A stretch of 64,000 bases of DNA from Paracoccaceae bacterium (GTDB taxonomy: Bacteria; Pseudomonadota; Alphaproteobacteria; Rhodobacterales; Rhodobacteraceae): positions 14,995 to 78,994 of the forward strand of contig CBDBPL010000005.1 in the NCBI GenBank assembly GCA_965208685.1, read 5' to 3'. Within the stretch, counting starts at the first letter, position 1; every line of letters begins with the position of its first letter. The notes under the pieces are model-generated. The model saw only the letters and a program-made list of their open reading frames with translations. It was not told the origin of the DNA and searched no databases. Of this stretch, positions 49,009 to 59,773 are shown piece by piece. Position numbers and translations under genes: made by a program.

Positions 49009-49920
49009 ATGTCAGCGACACAACTTCCTGGTTCTGTCATTCTTGCCGGATTTCGACACTGGCTCGTGCAGCACCGTGGCATTTGCAGCAAATCGGTTGG
49101 GGTCCACCTGAGATACGCTGAAGATCTCATGGCCCTGTTCGGCGTTGCGATCGACGATCTTGACGCTGCTAGCGTACGCCATGGATTGCTCCTTCGCATC
49201 GAAGGTCTCAGCCAGTCGACGGCGCGCAGTATTTCCGCTTCTTTGCGATTGCTTTTGCGTTATCTCGCCTGTGCCGGGCTCTGTTCCGCCAGCCTTGAAG
49301 GTGCAGTGCCCCGTATCCCCGTCCATCGCCTTGCGGCATTGCCACAGTACATTTCGCCCGAGGACGTGGAAAAGACCATCGCAGCCTGCGATGCTGGCCG
49401 GCCGACGGGCATGCGCGACCACGCGATCATCCTGTTGCTGGCCAGACTGGGGCTTCGCGCCGGCGACATCATCGATCTGCGCATCGAGGATGTTGATCTG
49501 CGCAACGCCCTGGTGCGGGTCTCCGGCAAGTCTGGCCGAGAGACGGCGCTGCCACTGCCGCAGGATGCCGGTGACGCGTTGGTGGATTACATCGTGAACC
49601 ATCGCCCGAAGGTCGCAGAGTCGCATGTGTTTCTGAGTCATTTCGCACCATTTCGTCCATTTTCCGGCCCCAGTTGCGTTTCGAAGCTGGTGCGCCGCTG
49701 CTTCGACCGGGCTGGTGTCCAGACACCCGGCAGGCGGGGCGCCCACGTACTCAGGCATTCGGTGGCGACGAACCTGTTGCGATCAGGTGCATCGCTGGAT
49801 GCCGTCGGCGCCTTGCTGCGGCATCGGTTCCCGGCCACTACCGCGATCTACGCCAAAGTGGATGTGACCATGCTGGCCGAGGTTGCCGAACCCTGGATCG
49901 AGGGGGACGGCTCATGTTGA
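49009..49920 (+). CDS. tyrosine recombinase, first gene of RIT-1 (RitA position)
   Basis: ARLGLRAGDI...GAHVLRHSVAT...LRHRFPATTAIYAKV. ATGTTGA overlap with the next recombinase gene. Confidence 0.85.
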   Translation: MSATQLPGSVILAGFRHWLVQHRGICSKSVGVHLRYAEDLMALFGVAIDDLDAASVRHGLLLRIEGLSQSTARSISASLRLLLRYLACAGLCSASLEGAVPRIPVHRLAALPQYISPEDVEKTIAACDAGRPTGMRDHAIILLLARLGLRAGDIIDLRIEDVDLRNALVRVSGKSGRETALPLPQDAGDALVDYIVNHRPKVAESHVFLSHFAPFRPFSGPSCVSKLVRRCFDRAGVQTPGRRGAHVLRHSVATNLLRSGASLDAVGALLRHRFPATTAIYAKVDVTMLAEVAEPWIEGDGSC

Positions 49921-50741
49921 GGGAGGGTGTCGAGAGATACGTCGCCTTGAACCGGAAACTCGGCCGAAAATATCACCGGGAAGAAAGGCTGCTGCTGGAT
50001 TTTGCGAACTTCGCCGAGACAAAAGGTGACAGATTCGTTCACCCGGCGACCGCCGTCGCCTGGGCAGAGAGACCGTCCGCGCACCATTCGAAGATCAGGC
50101 TGCGTATCGTGCACAATTTCGCCGTGGCGATGAAGGCGGAGGACACGCGCCACGAGATCCCGCCCAAAGGCCTCTTTGGCGATGTCCGGTATCGGCGACC
50201 TTCTCCGTTCCCGTTCACTCGAGAGCAGGTTGCCCTCCTGATGAGTGCGGCGCTTTTGTTGCCAAACACCAAACCCTTTACACGTCGCACCTGGCATTGC
50301 CTGATCGGCCTGATGGCGGTTACCGGCATGCGGGTGTCGGAAGCCGTAGGCCTCCGTCTTGGCGATCTCACGGCCGATGGAGTGATCGTCCGCGACACGA
50401 AATTCGCGAAGACCCGGTTGCTTCCGCTGCATCCATCAACATGGAAGGCGCTGGATGCATACCTCATCGCGAGACTCGCCATGCCGACCTGCGACGACCA
50501 CCTGTTCGTTACCGCAGCCGGCACCCCGCCGACGACCGGAAACATCCGCAAGGCGTTCATCGCGATTGGCCGCCGCTGCGGATTGCGCGGCGGACCGGGG
50601 ACGGCGGGACCGCGCCTGCAGGATCTAAGGCACGGATTCGCGATTCGCGCTCTTGAGCGCCTGCCGGCAGGCGCGGATGTCGGCCGACACACACTGGCCC
50701 TGTCCACATATTTAGGCCATGCCAACGTGCAGGGCACGTTC
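49914..50741 (+). pseudogene. tyrosine recombinase, second gene of RIT-1 (RitB position), N-terminal 276 codons; interrupted by RIT-2
   Basis: ...MAVTGMRVSEAVGL...LRHGFAIRAL...YLGHANVQGTF, then reads into RIT-2 DNA. The frame resumes as FWYLDATPTIMRG... at 60318. Confidence 0.8.
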
Positions 50742-50910
50742 TGTCATGCCGCGCTCGGCATGACACTGCGAATGCCGACAATCCGGTAATGCCGAGCAAG
50801 GCGTGACGGAGCGTTGAATCAAAGGGGCTCAGGGCCGCTTTCGCTCGGCATTACTCCCGCAGCGATTCCGGGCAGGGTACGGCTCTCACTCAACAAACGG
50901 AGAGCATGCA

Positions 50911-52482
50911 ATGCCTGCAACATCCAAGTGCCGCGCCCTTGCGGAGACCCTTCTGGCCGAGTTCGACGGCCTCTCCCGTTCCTTCGCCGACGAGCGTCGG
51001 CGTCAGCGCGAGGGAAAGCTCTCGGAGAGCCGGCTCGACAACTACCGGTGCACAGCCCGTCACTTCCTGATCTGGCTCAGCCTCGCCGGGATCGAGCTGC
51101 GGGCGGTCGACGGCTCGATCATCCAGCGTTTCCTGCAGCACGAATGTCGTTGCGGTGCGTCCTGTGCGTCCGTCCGTGTCAGGCGTTGGAACAGGCGCCG
51201 CACGTCGGCCGAACTCATGTGGTTCGTCCGTTTCCTCGAGAGTGCGGGACACATCGAGACAACCGGCGAACTGGAAGACAACCTGCGTCTGCTGGATGCG
51301 TTCCTCGCCGGCTTGGGCGACGAAGGCTATACGGCCAACAGCGTCAAGTCCTTCCGCTACGCATGCACCGGTTTCATCGTCTGGCTGCATCTGTCCCGCA
51401 TCCGGCTCCGGGACCTGACACCGGATGTCTTCACGCAGTACCTGAACAAGGAATTCGTCTGCTCGATCCCCGGACTGTACAGCAGCCGCCGGAAGCGGGG
51501 CACGGAAGCCTGCCATGGCCAGCTGCGCGGTTTCCTCAGGCATCTCGTCTCGATCGGACGGATCGCCCCGCTGGAGCCCGTTCCGCTCGAGCCGGCGCTG
51601 CCCGCAAGGCTCGAGCGGTTCGCCCTCTGGCTTGAGCGCCATCGCGGCATCGCGCCGAGGAGCATACGCCAGCATGTCCGGGCAATCACGCGAATGCTGC
51701 CCGCGCTTGGGGACGATCCAGGCACATATGACGCATCGCTGATCCGGTGCGCACTGCTCGACGCGATGCGGCCCTGGTCGCACAGCACCGCCCAGCATCT
51801 GGCGACCTCCGTGCGCATGTATCTCCGGTTCCTGGTCTCGGAGGACAGCGTGCCCGCCACGCTGGTCGCGGCCGTGCCGTCGGCGGCCCAACGGCGCCTG
51901 TCCGGCCTGCCACGGCACATCCCGCCCGACGACGTCGAGCGTGCCATCGCCAGCTGCGGCGGGAATCCGGCCGGCCTGCGCGACCGGGCGATCCTGCTTC
52001 TGCTCGCCCGGCTCGCGCTGCGGGCGGGTGACGTTGCCGCCCTGCGCCTCGGGGACATCGACTGGGACAGGGCCGAGATCCGTGTCGCCGGAAAGTCGCG
52101 TCGGCAAGCGGCACTCCCGCTGCCGCAGGATGTTGGCGACGCCCTGCATGCCTACATCGCCAAGGCAAGGCCGGCGACCGATGAAGACAAGGTGTTCCTG
52201 CGCGCCATGGCCCCGGCGCGCGCCCTCGCGGCTCCAAGCACTGTCAGTGGCGTTGCGAAGCGCGCGCTCGACCGTGCCGGCGTCACGACCCTCGCGGGAC
52301 GCGGGGCGCACGTGTTTCGCCACAGCCAGGCCACCGGCCTGCTCCGGTCGGGGGCCGATCTCGATGTCATCCAGGCCCTTCTGCGTCACGCCTCGCCGGG
52401 CACCACCGCGATCTATGCCAAGACGGACACGGTCATGCTGCAGGAGGTTGCCCAACCCTGGATCGGGGGGAGCGCACGATGA
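50911..52482 (+). CDS. tyrosine recombinase, first gene of RIT-2 (523 aa, extended N-terminus)
   Basis: acggagag RBS. C-terminal catalytic region ARLALRAGDV...GAHVFRHSQAT...LRHASPGTTAIYAKT. About 200 aa longer at the N-terminus than its RIT-1 counterpart. Confidence 0.85.
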   Translation: MPATSKCRALAETLLAEFDGLSRSFADERRRQREGKLSESRLDNYRCTARHFLIWLSLAGIELRAVDGSIIQRFLQHECRCGASCASVRVRRWNRRRTSAELMWFVRFLESAGHIETTGELEDNLRLLDAFLAGLGDEGYTANSVKSFRYACTGFIVWLHLSRIRLRDLTPDVFTQYLNKEFVCSIPGLYSSRRKRGTEACHGQLRGFLRHLVSIGRIAPLEPVPLEPALPARLERFALWLERHRGIAPRSIRQHVRAITRMLPALGDDPGTYDASLIRCALLDAMRPWSHSTAQHLATSVRMYLRFLVSEDSVPATLVAAVPSAAQRRLSGLPRHIPPDDVERAIASCGGNPAGLRDRAILLLLARLALRAGDVAALRLGDIDWDRAEIRVAGKSRRQAALPLPQDVGDALHAYIAKARPATDEDKVFLRAMAPARALAAPSTVSGVAKRALDRAGVTTLAGRGAHVFRHSQATGLLRSGADLDVIQALLRHASPGTTAIYAKTDTVMLQEVAQPWIGGSAR

Positions 52483-53411
52483 CCGCCAGCATCAGCGACA
52501 ATGTCGCCCGCTTCGTCGAGACGAAGCAGGCGCTCGGCTACCGGTTCACGCAGAACGAACGGATTCTCAAGAGGTTCGCGCGCTTCGCCGAGGCCCGGGG
52601 CGAGACCTTCATCCGGGCCGCGACCGTGCTCGAATGGGCATCGTCGTCAAGGACGGCATCCTCGACGACGAAGATCAGGCTGCTGCGCTTCGTGCACGAC
52701 TTCGCCCTTTGGCTGCACGCAGAGGACGAACGCCACGAAGTGCCGCATCGCGATGCGCTGGGCCGCCGGCCCTCGTGGAGACCGCGACCCTTCCCGATGC
52801 CGGTTCCGGACATCCGGAAGCTGCTGGACGCGGCGCTGTCCCGGGGTCCGGCCGGGACCATCGCGCCGCTGACCTGGCACTACTTGTTCGGTCTCATGGC
52901 CTCGACCGGCCTGCGCATCGGAGAGGCGCTCGCATTGACGCTGGAGGACGTCACCGATGACGGTCTCGTCATCCGGGACACGAAGTTCGGGAAGACAAGG
53001 CTGGTCGTGCTGCACCCCACGAGCCGGGAGGCCCTGGATCTCTACCTGGCGGCACGTCTCAGGGAGAGGACTCCGGACCGGCATCTGTTCGTGATCGCGA
53101 CCGGCCGACCTCCCCAACGCGAACACGCGGACGTCGTGTTCCGCGAGCTTGCGGAACGGGCAGGCCTTCGAAAGCCCGGCGAAAGACGCGGACCGACCCC
53201 GCACTCGCTGCGGCACGCCTTTGCCGTCAGGTCCCTTGAGAACATGCCGCCCGGCGCCCGACCCGGGCGTCACATGCTCGCCCTCTCCACCACGCTTGGC
53301 CATGCTGAACTCATGAGCACGTTCTGGTACCTGGAGGCGACCCCTGTCCTTCTGCGCGGCATTGCCGAGGCCACGGAGCGCGCATTCGTGAACGGAGGGG
53401 CCGATGACTGA
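52479..53411 (+). CDS. tyrosine recombinase, second gene of RIT-2
   Basis: ...MASTGLRIGEALAL...LRHAFAVRSL...LGHAELMSTFWYLEATPVLL. 4-nt overlap upstream and 8-nt overlap downstream. Confidence 0.85.
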   Translation: MTASISDNVARFVETKQALGYRFTQNERILKRFARFAEARGETFIRAATVLEWASSSRTASSTTKIRLLRFVHDFALWLHAEDERHEVPHRDALGRRPSWRPRPFPMPVPDIRKLLDAALSRGPAGTIAPLTWHYLFGLMASTGLRIGEALALTLEDVTDDGLVIRDTKFGKTRLVVLHPTSREALDLYLAARLRERTPDRHLFVIATGRPPQREHADVVFRELAERAGLRKPGERRGPTPHSLRHAFAVRSLENMPPGARPGRHMLALSTTLGHAELMSTFWYLEATPVLLRGIAEATERAFVNGGADD

Positions 53412-53754
53412 TCTTGCCCCCCACCTCACGGCCTTCCTGCTGGAGCACCTTCCTGTCGAGCGGCGCTTCAGCCGCCATACCGTGCAGAGCTACAGGGAAT
53501 GCTTCCGGCTGCTCGTCCCCTACGCTGCCAAACGGGTCAAGACCCGTCCCTGCACACTGAAGATCGAGCACCTTACGGCCGCGCTCGTTCTGGCTTTCCT
53601 CGACTTCCTGGAAAGCGAACGCGGAAACGGCGTCAGCACCCGCAACAATCGTCTCGCCGCGATAAAGTCTTTTTTTCGCTACCTGGAGTACCGTGTCCCG
53701 GAGTGCCTCGATCTGGCGTTCGCAGGTGCGCGCGATTCTGCGCAGCAATGATGC
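53404..53754 (+). pseudogene. third recombinase gene of RIT-2, N-terminal fragment (frameshifted, then cut by IS66-A)
   Basis: MTDLAPHLTAFLLEHLP...NRLAAIKSFFRYLEY parallels RIT-1 60401... After ECLDLA the homologous reading (SQVRAILRS) is in another frame. Confidence 0.7.
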
Positions 53755-53830
53755 GTAAGCGTCATTTTAAGCCCATACCGGGATTTGCTTGACGGCAAAC
53801 AGGTTTCGGGATCCGGGCTGAAGGCCGCTT

Positions 53831-55522
53831 TCAGCGATTCCCTGCGCGGGCGTCGAAGTTCCAGGGCAGCAGCTCGTGGATCCTCGACATCGGGTGTCCG
53901 GCGGCGATCCTCTCCAGCACGTGCCTGAGCCAGGCATACGGCTCGACGCCGTTCATCTTGCAGGTCTCGATCAGCGTCGCGGCGCGGGCCCACGAGACCG
54001 CGCCTTCGTCGTGGCCGGCGAACAATGCGTTCTTTTTCGTCAGCTTCAGCGGCCGGATTCGATTCTCCACGAAGTTCGTGTCCATCTCGACGCGGCCGTC
54101 GTGCAGGAACACCAGAAGGCCGTCCCAGTGGTTGGCGAAGTAGGCCAGCTTCTCGCCGAGGCGCGAGCGCGGAGACACCCGCGAGCGCTGCTCGTCGAGC
54201 CAGACCCCGAAGGCGTTGACCAGCGGCGCCGACTCCGTCCACCGCACGAACTGGCGCGTTGCCGGATGCTCGCCACGGATCCTGTCCTCGATCGCGTAGA
54301 GCTGCGCGATCCGGGCCAAACCCTCCCTGGCGATCGGCGAGCCGCTGGAATCGTGGACCTCCTTGATTCCGCGTCTACCGTGGGTCCAGCAATACGCAAG
54401 GGTGAGCGCCCCGCCGGGCCGGTCATGCCGGCGCAGCCGGTTGTACCCGGAATAGCCGTCCACCTGCAGCGTTCCGGAGAACCCTTCGAGCAGGGCCTCG
54501 CCATGCTTGCCGCCGCGCCCGGGCGCGTAGCCGTAGACGACGCCCGGCGGGTCCGAGCCCGACCATGGCCGCTCGTCGCGCACCATCGTCCACATGTAGC
54601 CCTGCTTGGTCTTGCCGCGCCCGGGGTCGAGAACCGGAACCGGCGTCTCGTCCATGCCGAGCTTGCCCGACGCCTTCAGGTCAGCCGCCAGGCAGTCCAC
54701 CAGCGGGCGGAGATGGAACGACGCCTTGCCGACCCAGTCGGCAAGCGTCGCGCGGTTGATCTCGATCCCCTGGCGCGCGAAGATCTGCCCCTGGCGGTAA
54801 AGCGGCAGGTGGTCCGCGAACTTCGACACGATCACGTGCGCCAGCAGCGCCTCGGTCGGAAGCCCGCCCTCGATCAGCGCGGGCGGGGCCGGTGCCTGGA
54901 CCACGCCGCCGCCCTTGCACCTGTTGCAGGCGTAGCGCGGGCGAACCGTCTCGATCACGACGCACTTCGCGGGGACGAAGTCCAGCCGCTCGCTGCGGTC
55001 CTCGCCGATCTTTGCCATCTCGCCGCAGCCGCAGGGGCAGAGCGTGCTCTCGGGCTCGATCACCTCGGTGCGGCGCTCGACATGCTCCGGAAAGCGGAGC
55101 CCGGAGCGGGCCGGGCGCTTCCGCCGGCGGCGGGTCGCGCTTCCCTCGTCCTCGCAGTCTTCGGCGGGAGGCTCGACGTCGGCCTCGGCGGCCGCGATCC
55201 CGAGGTCCTCGAACGACAGCTGGCGATCGTCGGGAGGGAGCTTCTCCGACTTCTTGCCGAACAGGAGCTTCCGGAACTCGTCGTTGAGATGCTCGAGGCG
55301 ACGGACCTGTTCGGAGAGGTCCGCGTTCTCGGCTCCAAGCCGCGCCGTCTCAGATGCAAGGCGCTCGGCTTCAACCTTCTGGCGCTTCGCGCGTTCCTGC
55401 GCCGTCCGGCGCGCCGAGCGCTCCTCGTCCAGCCGGGATTCCATCTCGGCAAGGGCTGCGGAGACAACCGCCATGGGAACCGAGCCGTCGGCGCCGGGGA
55501 TGATGGAAGGCAGGGTCGTCAT
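53831..55522 (-). CDS. tnpC: IS66-family transposase TnpC (copy A)
   Basis: Leucine-zipper N-terminus, zinc-finger CPCGCG...C..C and a DDE core. Typical IS66 Orf3 length. Confidence 0.9.
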   Translation of the reverse strand: MTTLPSIIPGADGSVPMAVVSAALAEMESRLDEERSARRTAQERAKRQKVEAERLASETARLGAENADLSEQVRRLEHLNDEFRKLLFGKKSEKLPPDDRQLSFEDLGIAAAEADVEPPAEDCEDEGSATRRRRKRPARSGLRFPEHVERRTEVIEPESTLCPCGCGEMAKIGEDRSERLDFVPAKCVVIETVRPRYACNRCKGGGVVQAPAPPALIEGGLPTEALLAHVIVSKFADHLPLYRQGQIFARQGIEINRATLADWVGKASFHLRPLVDCLAADLKASGKLGMDETPVPVLDPGRGKTKQGYMWTMVRDERPWSGSDPPGVVYGYAPGRGGKHGEALLEGFSGTLQVDGYSGYNRLRRHDRPGGALTLAYCWTHGRRGIKEVHDSSGSPIAREGLARIAQLYAIEDRIRGEHPATRQFVRWTESAPLVNAFGVWLDEQRSRVSPRSRLGEKLAYFANHWDGLLVFLHDGRVEMDTNFVENRIRPLKLTKKNALFAGHDEGAVSWARAATLIETCKMNGVEPYAWLRHVLERIAAGHPMSRIHELLPWNFDARAGNR

Positions 55523-55591
55523 GCCGCCACATGTAGCGTAACGGCGCCTGCCTGGCAACAGGATGTGCCGGTTTTTCGCTTGCTTTCGAGG

Positions 55592-55942
55592 CTATTCCGC
55601 CGCAAGCGGGCGGATGGCCGGCGGCGCATGGACGCGGCGCCAGTCCAGCCCCTCGAACAGCGCCTCGAACTGGCCGCGCGTGAGCCGCATCGCGCCGTCC
55701 CTGATCCCGGGCCAGGCGAAGCGGCCCTGCTCCAGCCGCTTGTAGACAAGCACAAGGCCGGTCCCGTCCCAGGCCAGCATCTTCAGCCTGTCGCCCCGCT
55801 TCGACCGGAACACCACGATCACGCCGGTATGGATGTCGACGCCGAGCTCCAGCGCCGCCGTCGCGGCAAGCGCGTCGTGGCCGCGGCGAAAGTCCACGGG
55901 CCGGGTCGCCAGCAGGATCCGCTGCGAGCCGGGAATGATCAT
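55592..55942 (-). CDS. tnpB: IS66 Orf2 / TnpB (copy A)
   Basis: MIIPGSQRILLATRPVDFRRGHDALAA...RGDRLKMLAWDGTGLVLVYKRLEQGRFAWP (116 aa). ATGA overlap with tnpA. Confidence 0.9.
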   Translation of the reverse strand: MIIPGSQRILLATRPVDFRRGHDALAATAALELGVDIHTGVIVVFRSKRGDRLKMLAWDGTGLVLVYKRLEQGRFAWPGIRDGAMRLTRGQFEALFEGLDWRRVHAPPAIRPLAAE

Positions 55943-56643
55943 CGCGCCCGCTCCAGCCCCGAGGCCACCGCGACGATGCGCTCCACGGGGCAGTCCCAGG
56001 GAAGCCGCACCACGACCTCCCCGGCCTCGACGGTGACCGAAGGCGACGGGGCCGGACCATCGATGCGCGGGGCCGCGTCCACGGCCGCGCCGGCCGGGGG
56101 CGTTCGGGTCGCCGGCGCCGCAGCCTCCGGAACGGGCCCGAGCTTGCCCTCCCGCGCCAGGACGCGCCATTCGGAGAGCGTTGACCGGGCCACGCCGTGA
56201 CGCCTCGCCGCCGACCTGAGCGAGCCGCCGGGCGCGAAGCTCTCCGCGACGATCCGGGCCTTCTCGGATACAGGCCAGCGCCGTTGCGCCCGATGGCTGC
56301 CGGCCTTGGAAGCGGCGACCGAAGCGGACGTCGTGGGGTCGGCGTCTTCGCCGACGACAACGGGCACCACGGCGGGCACTGCAGGAACCCCCGGCACGGG
56401 GCCAAGCTCGCCCCGCGCCGCCTGCTTGCGCCAAAATCTCAGGGTTGACTCGGCCACGCCGTGGCGGATCGCCACGGCATTGATCGAGGTGCCGGACAGG
56501 TAAGTCTCCGACACGAGCCGGGCCTTCTCGGAATCAGGCCAGTGACGGCGCATCTGGAAAGGGTCAGGTTGGCTTGGAGACGCCGGCGCCGCGCAATGCT
56601 CGGCTGCGGCATGGCCCGTAGCGGCCGGGGAAACATCCGTCAT
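55939..56643 (-). CDS. tnpA: IS66 Orf1 / TnpA-like protein with duplicated HTH module (copy A)
   Basis: Two repeats of the RRxWPxSEKARIV..S...G.S....ARRHGVA.STL..WR pattern. Start taken as ATG 56643; the ORF is open to 56682. Confidence 0.75.
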   Translation of the reverse strand: MTDVSPAATGHAAAEHCAAPASPSQPDPFQMRRHWPDSEKARLVSETYLSGTSINAVAIRHGVAESTLRFWRKQAARGELGPVPGVPAVPAVVPVVVGEDADPTTSASVAASKAGSHRAQRRWPVSEKARIVAESFAPGGSLRSAARRHGVARSTLSEWRVLAREGKLGPVPEAAAPATRTPPAGAAVDAAPRIDGPAPSPSVTVEAGEVVVRLPWDCPVERIVAVASGLERAR

Positions 56644-56743
56644 CGAAATCCTCCTGGGAAAGTTCAGCTTCGTGGCGAACACTGAACGTGAAAATCCCCG
56701 GGCGGGAAACGGCGCAGAGGTATGGGCTTAAAATGACGCTTAC

Positions 56744-56884
56744 GCAGAAGCGCTGCCGACAGGCCAGCTGATCGACTGGCTCGACCGGACGGAGATGCAG
56801 GCGATCTGGATGCACCGGACACCGGGACCGTGGCAGGACTGCGCGACCGCGCAATGATGCACCGGCGCTGCGCCGCAAGGCTCC
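56744..56884 (+). pseudogene. 141-bp internal fragment of the third RIT-2 recombinase gene, trapped between the IS66 copies
   Basis: Reads QLIDWLDRTEMQAI in one frame and LDAPDTGTVAGLRDRAMMH in another. Compare RIT-1 KLVDWLERDELQALLDAPSLSTRGGLRDRAMMH. Confidence 0.65.
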
Positions 56885-56960
56885 GTAAGCGTCATTTTAA
56901 GCCCATACCGGGATTTGCTTGACGGCAAACAGGTTTCGGGATCCGGGCTGAAGGCCGCTT

Positions 56961-58652
56961 TCAGCGATTCCCTGCGCGGGCGTCGAAGTTCCAGGGCAGC
57001 AGCTCGTGGATCCTCGACATCGGGTGTCCGGCGGCGATCCTCTCCAGCACGTGCCTGAGCCAGGCATACGGCTCGACGCCGTTCATCTTGCAGGTCTCGA
57101 TCAGCGTCGCGGCGCGGGCCCACGAGACCGCGCCTTCGTCGTGGCCGGCGAACAATGCGTTCTTTTTCGTCAGCTTCAGCGGCCGGATTCGATTCTCCAC
57201 GAAGTTCGTGTCCATCTCGACGCGGCCGTCGTGCAGGAACACCAGAAGGCCGTCCCAGTGGTTGGCGAAGTAGGCCAGCTTCTCGCCGAGGCGCGAGCGC
57301 GGAGACACCCGCGAGCGCTGCTCGTCGAGCCAGACCCCGAAGGCGTTGACCAGCGGCGCCGACTCCGTCCACCGCACGAACTGGCGCGTTGCCGGATGCT
57401 CGCCACGGATCCTGTCCTCGATCGCGTAGAGCTGCGCGATCCGGGCCAAACCCTCCCTGGCGATCGGCGAGCCGCTGGAATCGTGGACCTCCTTGATTCC
57501 GCGTCTACCGTGGGTCCAGCAATACGCAAGGGTGAGCGCCCCGCCGGGCCGGTCATGCCGGCGCAGCCGGTTGTACCCGGAATAGCCGTCCACCTGCAGC
57601 GTTCCGGAGAACCCTTCGAGCAGGGCCTCGCCATGCTTGCCGCCGCGCCCGGGCGCGTAGCCGTAGACGACGCCCGGCGGGTCCGAGCCCGACCATGGCC
57701 GCTCGTCGCGCACCATCGTCCACATGTAGCCCTGCTTGGTCTTGCCGCGCCCGGGGTCGAGAACCGGAACCGGCGTCTCGTCCATGCCGAGCTTGCCCGA
57801 CGCCTTCAGGTCAGCCGCCAGGCAGTCCACCAGCGGGCGGAGATGGAACGACGCCTTGCCGACCCAGTCGGCAAGCGTCGCGCGGTTGATCTCGATCCCC
57901 TGGCGCGCGAAGATCTGCCCCTGGCGGTAAAGCGGCAGGTGGTCCGCGAACTTCGACACGATCACGTGCGCCAGCAGCGCCTCGGTCGGAAGCCCGCCCT
58001 CGATCAGCGCGGGCGGGGCCGGTGCCTGGACCACGCCGCCGCCCTTGCACCTGTTGCAGGCGTAGCGCGGGCGAACCGTCTCGATCACGACGCACTTCGC
58101 GGGGACGAAGTCCAGCCGCTCGCTGCGGTCCTCGCCGATCTTTGCCATCTCGCCGCAGCCGCAGGGGCAGAGCGTGCTCTCGGGCTCGATCACCTCGGTG
58201 CGGCGCTCGACATGCTCCGGAAAGCGGAGCCCGGAGCGGGCCGGGCGCTTCCGCCGGCGGCGGGTCGCGCTTCCCTCGTCCTCGCAGTCTTCGGCGGGAG
58301 GCTCGACGTCGGCCTCGGCGGCCGCGATCCCGAGGTCCTCGAACGACAGCTGGCGATCGTCGGGAGGGAGCTTCTCCGACTTCTTGCCGAACAGGAGCTT
58401 CCGGAACTCGTCGTTGAGATGCTCGAGGCGACGGACCTGTTCGGAGAGGTCCGCGTTCTCGGCTCCAAGCCGCGCCGTCTCAGATGCAAGGCGCTCGGCT
58501 TCAACCTTCTGGCGCTTCGCGCGTTCCTGCGCCGTCCGGCGCGCCGAGCGCTCCTCGTCCAGCCGGGATTCCATCTCGGCAAGGGCTGCGGAGACAACCG
58601 CCATGGGAACCGAGCCGTCGGCGCCGGGGATGATGGAAGGCAGGGTCGTCAT
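56961..58652 (-). CDS. tnpC: IS66-family transposase TnpC (copy B)
   Basis: Identical translation to 53831..55522. Confidence 0.9.
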   Translation of the reverse strand: MTTLPSIIPGADGSVPMAVVSAALAEMESRLDEERSARRTAQERAKRQKVEAERLASETARLGAENADLSEQVRRLEHLNDEFRKLLFGKKSEKLPPDDRQLSFEDLGIAAAEADVEPPAEDCEDEGSATRRRRKRPARSGLRFPEHVERRTEVIEPESTLCPCGCGEMAKIGEDRSERLDFVPAKCVVIETVRPRYACNRCKGGGVVQAPAPPALIEGGLPTEALLAHVIVSKFADHLPLYRQGQIFARQGIEINRATLADWVGKASFHLRPLVDCLAADLKASGKLGMDETPVPVLDPGRGKTKQGYMWTMVRDERPWSGSDPPGVVYGYAPGRGGKHGEALLEGFSGTLQVDGYSGYNRLRRHDRPGGALTLAYCWTHGRRGIKEVHDSSGSPIAREGLARIAQLYAIEDRIRGEHPATRQFVRWTESAPLVNAFGVWLDEQRSRVSPRSRLGEKLAYFANHWDGLLVFLHDGRVEMDTNFVENRIRPLKLTKKNALFAGHDEGAVSWARAATLIETCKMNGVEPYAWLRHVLERIAAGHPMSRIHELLPWNFDARAGNR

Positions 58653-58721
58653 GCCGCCACATGTAGCGTAACGGCGCCTGCCTGGCAACAGGATGTGCCG
58701 GTTTTTCGCTTGCTTTCGAGG

Positions 58722-59072
58722 CTATTCCGCCGCAAGCGGGCGGATGGCCGGCGGCGCATGGACGCGGCGCCAGTCCAGCCCCTCGAACAGCGCCTCGAAC
58801 TGGCCGCGCGTGAGCCGCATCGCGCCGTCCCTGATCCCGGGCCAGGCGAAGCGGCCCTGCTCCAGCCGCTTGTAGACAAGCACAAGGCCGGTCCCGTCCC
58901 AGGCCAGCATCTTCAGCCTGTCGCCCCGCTTCGACCGGAACACCACGATCACGCCGGTATGGATGTCGACGCCGAGCTCCAGCGCCGCCGTCGCGGCAAG
59001 CGCGTCGTGGCCGCGGCGAAAGTCCACGGGCCGGGTCGCCAGCAGGATCCGCTGCGAGCCGGGAATGATCAT
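58722..59072 (-). CDS. tnpB: IS66 Orf2 / TnpB (copy B)
   Basis: Identical translation to 55592..55942. Confidence 0.9.
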   Translation of the reverse strand: MIIPGSQRILLATRPVDFRRGHDALAATAALELGVDIHTGVIVVFRSKRGDRLKMLAWDGTGLVLVYKRLEQGRFAWPGIRDGAMRLTRGQFEALFEGLDWRRVHAPPAIRPLAAE

Positions 59073-59773
59073 CGCGCCCGCTCCAGCCCCGAGGCCACCG
59101 CGACGATGCGCTCCACGGGGCAGTCCCAGGGAAGCCGCACCACGACCTCCCCGGCCTCGACGGTGACCGAAGGCGACGGGGCCGGACCATCGATGCGCGG
59201 GGCCGCGTCCACGGCCGCGCCGGCCGGGGGCGTTCGGGTCGCCGGCGCCGCAGCCTCCGGAACGGGCCCGAGCTTGCCCTCCCGCGCCAGGACGCGCCAT
59301 TCGGAGAGCGTTGACCGGGCCACGCCGTGACGCCTCGCCGCCGACCTGAGCGAGCCGCCGGGCGCGAAGCTCTCCGCGACGATCCGGGCCTTCTCGGATA
59401 CAGGCCAGCGCCGTTGCGCCCGATGGCTGCCGGCCTTGGAAGCGGCGACCGAAGCGGACGTCGTGGGGTCGGCGTCTTCGCCGACGACAACGGGCACCAC
59501 GGCGGGCACTGCAGGAACCCCCGGCACGGGGCCAAGCTCGCCCCGCGCCGCCTGCTTGCGCCAAAATCTCAGGGTTGACTCGGCCACGCCGTGGCGGATC
59601 GCCACGGCATTGATCGAGGTGCCGGACAGGTAAGTCTCCGACACGAGCCGGGCCTTCTCGGAATCAGGCCAGTGACGGCGCATCTGGAAAGGGTCAGGTT
59701 GGCTTGGAGACGCCGGCGCCGCGCAATGCTCGGCTGCGGCATGGCCCGTAGCGGCCGGGGAAACATCCGTCAT
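59069..59773 (-). CDS. tnpA: IS66 Orf1 / TnpA-like protein (copy B)
   Basis: Identical translation to 55939..56643. Confidence 0.75.
   Translation of the reverse strand: MTDVSPAATGHAAAEHCAAPASPSQPDPFQMRRHWPDSEKARLVSETYLSGTSINAVAIRHGVAESTLRFWRKQAARGELGPVPGVPAVPAVVPVVVGEDADPTTSASVAASKAGSHRAQRRWPVSEKARIVAESFAPGGSLRSAARRHGVARSTLSEWRVLAREGKLGPVPEAAAPATRTPPAGAAVDAAPRIDGPAPSPSVTVEAGEVVVRLPWDCPVERIVAVASGLERAR

Larger units (their letters stand above)
53755..56743 (-). mobile_element. IS66-family element, copy A (2,989 bp)
   Basis: 25-bp perfect terminal IRs gtaagcgtcattttaagcccatacc, with the tnpA-tnpB-tnpC arrangement. The 8-bp flanks aatgatgc and gcagaagc do not match. Confidence 0.9.
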